Positions 8,368-15,856 of a DNA stretch of 64,000 nt are shown piece by piece. Both the position numbers and the translations under genes were made by a program. Each line of letters opens with the position of its first letter. Positions within the stretch are counted from its first letter, which is position 1. Source of the stretch: Planctomycetota bacterium (GTDB lineage Bacteria > Planctomycetota > UBA1135 > UBA2386); assembly GCA_039815565.1 (NCBI GenBank), contig JBCBZB010000001.1, positions 119,066-183,065 on the forward strand. The letters run 5' to 3'. The notes under the pieces are model-generated. The model was given only the letters and a program-made list of their open reading frames with translations, had not been told where the DNA came from and did no database searches.

Positions 8368-9729
8368 TCAGACGCTCTCGCCTGGCACCCCGGCTCGCTC
8401 GAGGTCGAGGCCGGTCGGACGTTGGAACACCCGTAGGTCGAACGCCGGAGCGATGGCGAACAGGTGCTCGAAGATGTCGGCTTGGATCCGCTCGTAGTCG
8501 CCCCAGGCCGTCGTGCTCGTGAACGCGTAGATCTCGATCGGCACACCCTCCGTGGTTGGGTCGAGTTGGCGGACTAGCAGGGTCATCGCCTTGTTGATCT
8601 CGGGGTGCGAATGCAGATACCGCGCGACGTAGGCCCGGAACGTGCCCATGTTCGTCAAGCGGCGCTGTTCGTCCTGGTTGCGGTGGCGATTGTACTCCTC
8701 GAGCTCCTTCTTCTTGCCGTTGAGGTAGCCCTTCAGGATGCCGATCTTTTCGAGGCGTTCGAAGTCCGCTTCGTCGAGGAACCGGACCGAGTTGATATCG
8801 AGCTTGATCGAACGCTTGATGCGACGTCCGCCCGACTCCGACATCCCCCGCCAGTTCTTGAACGTCTTCGCGTAGAGATCGTTGATCGGGATCGTCGTGA
8901 TCGTCTTGTCCCAGTTGCGGACCTTCACCATGTGCAGCGCGACATCGATGACGTCGCCGTCCGCGCCTGCAGCCGGCATCTCGATCCAGTCGCCGACCCG
9001 CACGGTGTCGTTCGCCGTCAGGGAGATCGATGCGACCAGTGAGGTCAGCGTGTCCTTGAACACCAGGAGGACGATCGCTGTCGAGACACCGATGCCGGCC
9101 AACAGTGCCGAGAGGTCCTGGCCGAGCAGCGACGCGAGTGCCAGAAGCGAGCCAGCGACCGTGACGACGAGTCGCGCGAGTTGGATGTATCCCTTGATCG
9201 GGCGCCGCTGCTCGTCCTGGCGGCGCATGTACAGCTCATGTATCGCCGAAAGCGCCGCGTGCAGCGTCCAGACCATGACGGCCCAGACCGCCGCCAGGGA
9301 GATCTGCTCGACCCAGGGGATCCAGCTCGGCAGGGTCTGCACCTCGTCCGGAGTCGGTCCGATCGGCACCTCGCTGCGACTCTTCTCGAAGCCGTCCGCG
9401 TAGCTGCGCGCGACGAAGTAGGAGACCAGGAACGGAACTGCGTGACTGAGGTGATGCGGGACGCGTCGCTCGACGATCAGGTCGTCCCAGGTGGCTTTCG
9501 TGCGACCACTGATGCGGGTCATCGACCACACCAGGATCAACCGGCTGATGATCAGCGCGACGATCCACGCGAGGAGGACGATGCCGATCGCTTCGGCCGC
9601 ATCGAGCCACTGATTGGAGGGCTCGAGGGCCGGGCCTTGGAGTTCTCCTGCCGATTGGTCCGCCGGGATGGGGCCCTGCGGGACTGGGCCTTGGGTGTCG
9701 CTCGAACCTGGTTCCTGGAACATCAACAT
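8368..9729 (-). CDS. Mechanosensitive ion channel, MscS family
   Basis: TM helices are followed by the MscS beta-domain: FKDTLTSLVASISLTANDTVRVGDWIEMPAAGADGDVIDVALHMVKVRNWDKTITTIPINDLYAKTFKNW. The start is uncertain. I prefer ATG 9729 (MLMFQEP). The track start at 9909 would overlap the divergent gene. Confidence 0.85.
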   Translation of the reverse strand: MLMFQEPGSSDTQGPVPQGPIPADQSAGELQGPALEPSNQWLDAAEAIGIVLLAWIVALIISRLILVWSMTRISGRTKATWDDLIVERRVPHHLSHAVPFLVSYFVARSYADGFEKSRSEVPIGPTPDEVQTLPSWIPWVEQISLAAVWAVMVWTLHAALSAIHELYMRRQDEQRRPIKGYIQLARLVVTVAGSLLALASLLGQDLSALLAGIGVSTAIVLLVFKDTLTSLVASISLTANDTVRVGDWIEMPAAGADGDVIDVALHMVKVRNWDKTITTIPINDLYAKTFKNWRGMSESGGRRIKRSIKLDINSVRFLDEADFERLEKIGILKGYLNGKKKELEEYNRHRNQDEQRRLTNMGTFRAYVARYLHSHPEINKAMTLLVRQLDPTTEGVPIEIYAFTSTTAWGDYERIQADIFEHLFAIAPAFDLRVFQRPTGLDLERAGVPGESV

Positions 9730-9894
9730 CACGCTCTTCCGCAGGGATCCTAGCCTCGGCGCCACCGCGTTCACGCGCTCTCGGAATCGCCGTGTCGAAA
9801 GTCTGACGAAGTCATTCGGTGCTCGATGGCGCGGCCCTGCGTGTTCGGTAGTCATCGCAGACCCCTTCGCACACCGACGAGGAACGCACCCGAG

Positions 9895-10500
9895 ATGATG
9901 CCCCTTCAACGAATCGTGGTCCGAGCGCTCGTGCTCGGAACCGTCTTCACCTCTGCCGCTTCTGCCCAGGACCGTCGTCCGCTACCGGAGCGTGAAGGGC
10001 CGCGCAGTGAGCGCCCCGCCGAGCGACTGCAGGAACGACGTGAGCGCCCCGCCGAGCGACTGCAGGAACGACGTGAGCGTCTTCGCGAACTCCTCGACGA
10101 GCGTCGCAACGGCGGAGAGGAGTCGGGGCGTCCGCAGCGTGGAGAGCGAGGCGAAGGTCGTCGCTTCGGTGTTCGGGCCGGGCGTCGCGAGGGCCGTCGA
10201 GGTGCCGGACGCGGTGAGCGTGGCCAGCGCTCGGGCCGGAACTCGGATCGAGTCCAGCGAGGTCGCCGCGGTGGCGGCCGCAACGGAACCCGGCGCGGCT
10301 CGGGAAGACAAGGCGCTCGCCTGCTTCGCGGCTTGCGCGATCCCGAGATGCGTGAGCGTCTCCGCGAACGGATCGAGCAGTTCCGTTCGGAGCGCTCGGG
10401 CCGAGGGCGACTCGGTCGGGGGCGGGCACGTGGCGAGCGTACGGAAGCCCGCGGTGGTCGAGGCCGAGGCGGCCGTCCGGGCGCGCGCCGCGGTCGCTGA
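9895..10500 (+). CDS. Secreted Arg/Glu/Gly-rich low-complexity protein
   Basis: Signal peptide MMPLQRIVVRALVLGTVFTSAASAQD, then about 170 aa of R/E/G-rich sequence with an exact 11-aa duplication (ERPAERLQERR). Coding status is uncertain because low-complexity ORFs arise easily in high-GC DNA. Confidence 0.45.
   Translation: MMPLQRIVVRALVLGTVFTSAASAQDRRPLPEREGPRSERPAERLQERRERPAERLQERRERLRELLDERRNGGEESGRPQRGERGEGRRFGVRAGRREGRRGAGRGERGQRSGRNSDRVQRGRRGGGRNGTRRGSGRQGARLLRGLRDPEMRERLRERIEQFRSERSGRGRLGRGRARGERTEARGGRGRGGRPGARRGR
10008..10079. repeat. Exact 33-bp tandem duplication (about 2.2 copies)
   Basis: tgagcgccccgccgagcgactgcaggaacgacg occurs at 10008-10040 and again at 10041-10073. A partial third copy (tgagcg) follows. 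Confidence 0.95.
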
Positions 10501-10510
10501 GCGCGCTCAG
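10497..10510. repeat. Perfect 14-nt palindrome containing both stop codons of a convergent gene pair
   Basis: CTGAGCGCGCTCAG. TGA is at 10498-10500 (plus-strand gene) and TCA at 10507-10509 (complement of the minus-strand gene's stop). Confidence 0.9.
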
Positions 10511-12231
10511 TTGGCCTGTGTGTTCGGCCGGGCCTTGCCGTCGTCGATCTCGACGTAGCCGGAGCCGAAGTTCGGTAGGTCGATGATCTTGCCGTTCGCA
10601 TGTTCGAGCAGCAGGTCGTCGATCTCACGCGGGGTCGGTTCTGGCACGCAATCGAGCGAGCGGGCTTCCGCATCGATCGGCAGAGCAACGACGTCTTCGT
10701 CGTGAATGCGCACGAGCTTCTCGCCGTCGAAGTACTCCTCCCGGTAGTGGAGTGAGACTTCGGTAACGGGTTCCTGTCGGCGATAGCGCGGCAGATCGCC
10801 CCAGTAGAACAGCTGGTCTCCCGGCGCCTTGAGCCAACGCAGCGCGTGCGGAAGCGGGGACTTCTTCGCCCCGTCGTTGAGCTCGGCGAAGAACCGCCTC
10901 AGGTAGTTTTGATGGTTCTGCGTCCGCGTCTCGCACCGCGGCTCGCAGCCGAACTCGGCACGCACTTCCTCGAGCTTCTCCGGGTTTGGCCCTGCTGCTC
11001 GCAGAGCGTCGCGCAGCTCCTTCTTCCACACCTCACCCAAGTGGTAGGTCATGCCCTGGCGCGGGGCCATGAAGCAGGCGTGCACCTTGCCGTAGAGGCG
11101 CTCGTTCGGGCACATGAAGTCGTTGTAGAGCCCGTAGACCTTCCCGCTCTCGCCCGTGACCCGCCAGTGCATCCGTTGCGTGAACGGCGTGTCCCACCAA
11201 CCGAGCGGGATCGGCTTGAAGAGCTTGTGGCGGAGCGGGAACGCGACCAAGAACAGCGCACCAATTGCGAGCGGAATTCCCCCGAAGACCGGCGCTGCGA
11301 GGTCGGCCGGCGTCTGCAGGAGCATCGCAGCGATCAGCAAGTCGGCGCCGATCCAGTCCCAGAAGAACAGTCCCGACACGGCGACGACACCGAAGTGAAA
11401 GCCGGCCCACAGGATGCAGAACGCGATCGCCCAGTCGCGATGAAGCAGGGCGAGTGGTGCGAGGAGCTCGACCAGGAACGCGAACCACTGCATCGGCTTC
11501 TCCGTGCGACGCAGTGCTCCGACCAGCTTCTTCCAGTGGTCCCAGGACATCCACCGTCCCCAACCCCAGGAGTAGGCCGTTGCACCGAGGTGGTGCATCT
11601 TGTTGTCGACCGGCCAGGACCAGGGCTTCGGTCCGAGCCAGATCTTCGCGAGCGCCGTGATCAGGTAGTGCGAGATCTGGATCGTGACGAGGAACCAGAG
11701 AAGGACGGAGATGTCGGCGAGTAGGGCCTCCTCTCCGAGGCGCCAGCCGAATCCGGTCGCGAGCGACTGAACGCCGAGAAACGCCGACAGCGCGAGTAGG
11801 AGGCGCATCGGGAGCGTCGCGTGGTGTTCCCAGAGTCCGTAGGGAGTCGAGAACAAGAACGCCGTCGGGATCAGGAAAGCCGGGCTGAACCCGAGTCCGA
11901 TCACCGACAGGATCACCAGCGGCCGGCACCAGGGGTCGTGGTCGCCGAAGACCGGGTCGATGTCTTCGGTCACGGCCTTCCAGCCGAGCATGAACGACAG
12001 GCCCAGTGCGACGGTCGCGATCGCCGTTCCCTGCGGCACGCTCGACCAGTTCCAGAAAAATGCGAGCGGCAGGGACAACCCGATGAGCAGGCTGGCCTGC
12101 AGGGTCGGCGTGCCGATCCGGAGGGCCGACAACGTCTTGGTCATCCCGTCGCGACGGGTCAGCAGGTCGATGGCGTAGAAGCCGAGGACCAGGAGGGTGA
12201 TCTCCGCGAGGGTCGCGAGGTCGAAGGCCAT
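10507..12231 (-). CDS. Polytopic membrane protein with a Cys-containing C-terminal soluble domain, family not recognised
   Basis: About 10 hydrophobic segments fill the first 330 aa or so (LLVLGFYAIDLL, LLIGLSLPLAFFW, WFAFLVELLAPLALL, GFHFGVVAVSGLFFWDWIGADLLIAAMLL). A roughly 240-aa hydrophilic tail follows, with Cys pairs (FMCPNERLYGKVHACF; FGCEPRCETR). It has a clean ATG start and high GC3. Confidence 0.8.
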   Translation of the reverse strand: MAFDLATLAEITLLVLGFYAIDLLTRRDGMTKTLSALRIGTPTLQASLLIGLSLPLAFFWNWSSVPQGTAIATVALGLSFMLGWKAVTEDIDPVFGDHDPWCRPLVILSVIGLGFSPAFLIPTAFLFSTPYGLWEHHATLPMRLLLALSAFLGVQSLATGFGWRLGEEALLADISVLLWFLVTIQISHYLITALAKIWLGPKPWSWPVDNKMHHLGATAYSWGWGRWMSWDHWKKLVGALRRTEKPMQWFAFLVELLAPLALLHRDWAIAFCILWAGFHFGVVAVSGLFFWDWIGADLLIAAMLLQTPADLAAPVFGGIPLAIGALFLVAFPLRHKLFKPIPLGWWDTPFTQRMHWRVTGESGKVYGLYNDFMCPNERLYGKVHACFMAPRQGMTYHLGEVWKKELRDALRAAGPNPEKLEEVRAEFGCEPRCETRTQNHQNYLRRFFAELNDGAKKSPLPHALRWLKAPGDQLFYWGDLPRYRRQEPVTEVSLHYREEYFDGEKLVRIHDEDVVALPIDAEARSLDCVPEPTPREIDDLLLEHANGKIIDLPNFGSGYVEIDDGKARPNTQAN

Positions 12232-12413
12232 GGAGCGTCCATCGAATCACAGACCGGGTCGGGGTGGGGAGTGCTTTTGACGCTCTCGAGGCGGAGTTCG
12301 TCCGGAGGCCGGAAACTTGGATCCAGTCTCAGGAGTTGTTGTCGTGCCGACGAGTCGAGGCGACTTCCGCCCGGCCGTCGGGCATCCTAAGCAGGCCTCC
12401 CGAGGCTGACCCC

Positions 12414-12851
12414 GTGACCGACCGAACGACATCCCCCGCGCCCGTCATCCTCTTCGATGGCGTCTGCAACCTCTGCAGCGGCTGGGTGGACTTCGTTCTC
12501 AACCACGAGCGTCTCGAACCCGGTCAGACGACCGGCGTGCTGAAGTTCGCGTCGCTTCAGAGCGAAGAAGGGCGGGAGTTGATGGTCGAGCACGGCATCG
12601 ATCCGGATGCCCTCGACTCGATCGTCTTCGTCGAGGACGGGCGGGCCTTCCAGAAGTCCGGTGCCGTCCTGCGCATCGCGGGCTACCTGAAGCGGCCGTG
12701 GCGATGGGGGACGATCTTCCGATTCGTTCCGCCCTTCCTCCGGAACCTCGCCTACGGGCTGGTCGCGAGAGTGCGTTACCGCCTCTTCGGGAAGAGTGAA
12801 ACCTGTCGCGTGCCGACCCCGGAGCTCCGCGGTCGATTCCTCGGCAGCTGA
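12414..12851 (+). CDS. DCC-family thiol-disulfide oxidoreductase (DUF393 / YuxK-like)
   Basis: The signature VILFDGVCNLCSGWVDFVL (D-G-x-C-x-x-C) lies near the N-terminus. Length is about 145 aa from GTG 12414. The track ORF starts 50 codons earlier in non-protein-like sequence. Confidence 0.8.
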   Translation: MTDRTTSPAPVILFDGVCNLCSGWVDFVLNHERLEPGQTTGVLKFASLQSEEGRELMVEHGIDPDALDSIVFVEDGRAFQKSGAVLRIAGYLKRPWRWGTIFRFVPPFLRNLAYGLVARVRYRLFGKSETCRVPTPELRGRFLGS

Positions 12852-12946
12852 TCTCGCCCTCGATCAGCTTCCGTGGATCGGAGCTTGTGGATTGACCGTC
12901 GGGCAGTCTGAGGGTTCGCTCGCAGGGTCCCTGCCTCCGACCAGCG

Positions 12947-14548
12947 ATGACTGACATCAAGCGCCCCTTCCTCTCCGCGATCCTCTCCCTCGTGGCGTTG
13001 TCGTGTTCGTTCCTCGGCACCGCGCCCGGACTCCGTGCTCAAGAGTCGATCGACGAAGCTGCGATCGAGATCCTTCGTCGTGAGGGCCTCGAGCAGTCGC
13101 AAGTGAAGGAACTGCTCTCGTGGATCTGTGACGTCCACGGTCCGCGCCTGACCGGGTCGCAAAACCTGGTCAACGCACAGGCTTGGGCCGGCGAGACGAT
13201 GCGGGAGTGGGGTGCCCAGAACGTGCACCTCGAGGAGTGGGGACCCTTCGGGTCGGGTTGGTCCTTGCAGCGGTTCTCGATGCACGTCGTCGGCGACAAC
13301 CCCTGGCCGGTGATCGCCTCACCGAAGGCCTGGTCGCCGGGCGTCGAAGGGCGAGTGCGGGGCAAGGTCGTGCGCGCCGATCTCCTCACGCAGGACGAAC
13401 TCCGGGCGATGGACCTCAGTGAGGCGATCGTCTTCCTCGAAGAGCCGCGGGACGCATTCGAGCCGTTCAACGGACCGGCGACGCGCTTCAATGATCCGCA
13501 ACTGCTCGCGAAGGCCAACAGCATGCCGGACCCGACCGTTGACCCGGTCGCGGCCGCAAGGGCGCAACGGGATCGTGCGTCCTTCCGCAGGCGTGGCGAA
13601 GTCCTGCGAGTGCTCTACGAGAACCGCCCGCTGCTGATCGTCGACCGCTACTTCAAGGGGCAGTACGGCACCGTGTTCGCCACGTCGGCGAGCATGCCCC
13701 CGGTCGATGGTCAGCGTCAGCGGCCCTGGCAGGAGGGCGCCGATGTCGTGCCTCAAGTCACGATGGCGGTCGAGCAGTACAACCGTGTCTGCCGGCTGAT
13801 CGAGAAGGGGCAGGACATCGAGCTCGAGTTCGAACTCGAAACGACGTTCGACGCGAGCGACCCGATGGAGCGCAACCTGCTCGCGGAGATTCCCGGCACG
13901 GACCCGGACATCGGCAGCCAGGTCGTGATGCTCGGAGCGCACTTCGACTCGTGGCACACCGGCACCGGCGCGACCGACAACGGATCCGGATCCGCTGTGA
14001 TGATGGAGGCGTTCCGGCTTCTGCACGTCTTGCAGTGTGAACTCGGGCGTGGTCCGCGGCGGACGATTCGCCTTGCCCTCTGGAGTGGTGAAGAGCAGGG
14101 ACTGCTCGGATCCCGCGGCTACGTGAAGGAGCACTTCGGCACCGGTGCGACCGAAGAGGAGCCGGCGGTGCTGCTGCCCGAGCACGAGACCTTGTCGGGC
14201 TACTTCAACCTCGACAACGGCACCGGCCAGATCCGTGGCGTCTACCTGCAGGGGCGAGAGTCGATGCGGCCGATCTTCGGCTCCTGGCTCCGGCCCTTTC
14301 ATGACCTCGGTGCCCACACGCTGACGCTCGACGACACCGGCGGAACGGATCACCTCGCATTCGATCGCGTCGGCCTGCCCGGCTTCCAATTCATTCAGGA
14401 CCCGGTCGCCTACAGCACGCAGACGCACCACTCGAACATGGACGTCTGGGACCACGCGATTGGCGACGATCTGAAGCAGGCCGCCACCGTCATCGCCGCC
14501 TTCGTCTGGCACACCGCCGAGCGCGACGAAATGCTGCCGCGCGACTGA
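12947..14548 (+). CDS. Secreted M28-family metallo-aminopeptidase
   Basis: Signal peptide MTDIKRPFLSAILSLVALSCSFLGTAPGLRA. Zn-ligand regions are MLGAHFDSWHTGTGATDNGSGSAVMME, LWSGEEQGLLGSRGYV and GGTDHLAFD. Confidence 0.85.
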   Translation: MTDIKRPFLSAILSLVALSCSFLGTAPGLRAQESIDEAAIEILRREGLEQSQVKELLSWICDVHGPRLTGSQNLVNAQAWAGETMREWGAQNVHLEEWGPFGSGWSLQRFSMHVVGDNPWPVIASPKAWSPGVEGRVRGKVVRADLLTQDELRAMDLSEAIVFLEEPRDAFEPFNGPATRFNDPQLLAKANSMPDPTVDPVAAARAQRDRASFRRRGEVLRVLYENRPLLIVDRYFKGQYGTVFATSASMPPVDGQRQRPWQEGADVVPQVTMAVEQYNRVCRLIEKGQDIELEFELETTFDASDPMERNLLAEIPGTDPDIGSQVVMLGAHFDSWHTGTGATDNGSGSAVMMEAFRLLHVLQCELGRGPRRTIRLALWSGEEQGLLGSRGYVKEHFGTGATEEEPAVLLPEHETLSGYFNLDNGTGQIRGVYLQGRESMRPIFGSWLRPFHDLGAHTLTLDDTGGTDHLAFDRVGLPGFQFIQDPVAYSTQTHHSNMDVWDHAIGDDLKQAATVIAAFVWHTAERDEMLPRD

Positions 14549-14563
14549 GCGTGGCTCTTCGAG

Positions 14564-14824
14564 TCATGGCAACGTGATCATGGCGACTTCGCTGGCCTGG
14601 AAGTTCGCCGGAATCGTCCATGTGTTGATCGACAGGTACTGGCCGAACAGCACGACGCCGGAAAGCCCAGGCGGGACCGCAATCGTCGCCGAGGCGTCTC
14701 CGAATCCGTCGATTGGGACGACGAACGTCGGGATCGGTTTTGCGGGGCGGAACTCGACTCAGATCGCACCTGAGCTCGAGTAGAAGCCCGCGTTGTTGGC
14801 GACGAGCGTGTTGTCGAGCTGGAC
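14564..14824 (-). pseudogene. Remnant of the 3' end of a secreted-protein gene, interrupted by an in-frame TGA
   Basis: Minus-strand reading: VQLDNTLVANNAGFYSSSGAI-TGA(14759-14761)-VEFRPAKPIPTFVVPIDGFGDASATIAVPPGLSGVVLFGQYLSINTWTIPANFQASEVAMITLP-stop(14564-14566), all in one frame. Further upstream, sequence in the same frame is not protein-like and there is no plausible start. The tail resembles the C-termini of the genes ending at 17609 and 55140. Confidence 0.35.
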
Positions 14825-14938
14825 CCTGGCTCGCCGGGGACCTCTACCCAGCGGCCGACTGGCGCTCAGGCTCGCGCACACCTCCGAACTCGCAACTTGA
14901 AGTCGTGAACTCGGACCTTCCCCTCTACTCTCGCGGGG

Positions 14939-15856
14939 GTGAACGCCGCCTCGAGCGCAACCGACGGTTCCGACCCTCTCCCTCCGATCGGCCTGATCGC
15001 GGGCGGCGGGTCTTTTCCGTTCGAAGTCGCCCGTGCCGCACGGGCCAAGGGCCACAAGGTCGTCTGCGCCGGAATTCGGCTCGAGGTGTCACCCGAGCTG
15101 CGGGCAGAGGTCGACGTCTTTCGGCCGATCGGATTGCTCGGTTTGGCGCGCTACATCAAGTTCTTCCGGGCGCACGGAGTCCGTTCCCTGACCTGGGCCG
15201 GATGGATCCACAAGGAGACCCTGCTCTCCTGGAGTGGGTTCTTCAAACACCTGCCCGACTACTCGACGTTCTCGTTCTGGTGGCGTCGCCTCCGCCAGAC
15301 GAATCACCAGTCCCAAACCGTCCTCGGGGCGATCGCCGACGAGTTCGAAGAAAACGGTTTCCACTTGGCTCATTCCACCGAGTTCTGTCCCGACCTGCTC
15401 GTGCAACCTGGCGTGCTCACCAAGAAGCAGCCTTCGAAACGACAACTCGAGGATGTCGCCTTCGGTTGGCGGATCGCCAAGAAGATGGCTGAGCTCGATG
15501 TCGGACAGTCCGTCGCGATCTGTGATGGTGCGACGGTCGCGGTCGAAGGGATGGAGGGCACCGACCGGAACATCCTTCGGGCTGGTGAGCTGGTCAAACG
15601 ACCGATCACGATCGTCAAGTTGGCTATGGACGATCACGACATGCGCTTCGACGTCCCGACGATTGGGCCGAAGACGATCGACTGCATGAAGACCGCTGGC
15701 GCCAACATGCTCGCGCTCGAAGCCCGCAAGACAATCGTGCTCGAGCGGGAAGAGACACTCGCGAAGGCGAGCAAGGCGGGCATCGTCATCGCGGCGTTCG
15801 AGTCCACAGAGTTCGCGACGTCTGGGTCCGAGGAGACGGATGGGTCGAGCGACTGA
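14939..15856 (+). CDS. lpxI: UDP-2,3-diacylglucosamine pyrophosphatase LpxI (DUF1009)
   Basis: Family segments: PIGLIAGGGSFPFEVARAARAKGHKVV, AELDVGQSVAI, VAVEGMEGTDRNILRAGEL, DVPTIGPKTI. Starts with GTG. Confidence 0.85.
   Translation: MNAASSATDGSDPLPPIGLIAGGGSFPFEVARAARAKGHKVVCAGIRLEVSPELRAEVDVFRPIGLLGLARYIKFFRAHGVRSLTWAGWIHKETLLSWSGFFKHLPDYSTFSFWWRRLRQTNHQSQTVLGAIADEFEENGFHLAHSTEFCPDLLVQPGVLTKKQPSKRQLEDVAFGWRIAKKMAELDVGQSVAICDGATVAVEGMEGTDRNILRAGELVKRPITIVKLAMDDHDMRFDVPTIGPKTIDCMKTAGANMLALEARKTIVLEREETLAKASKAGIVIAAFESTEFATSGSEETDGSSD

Noticed and set aside
13319-14512. 397-aa minus-strand ORF inside the M28 peptidase gene. Similar shadow ORFs are 19201..20955(-), 32394..33914(-), 33911..35416(-), 38757..40721(+), 51649..52716(-) and 60914..62917(+).
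   Set aside because: Each lies antisense to a gene with strong family signatures (M28, GT2, HlyD/ABC, PilT, kinase, PhoD). All show the R/G/P/D-rich composition expected from reading GC3-biased genes backwards.
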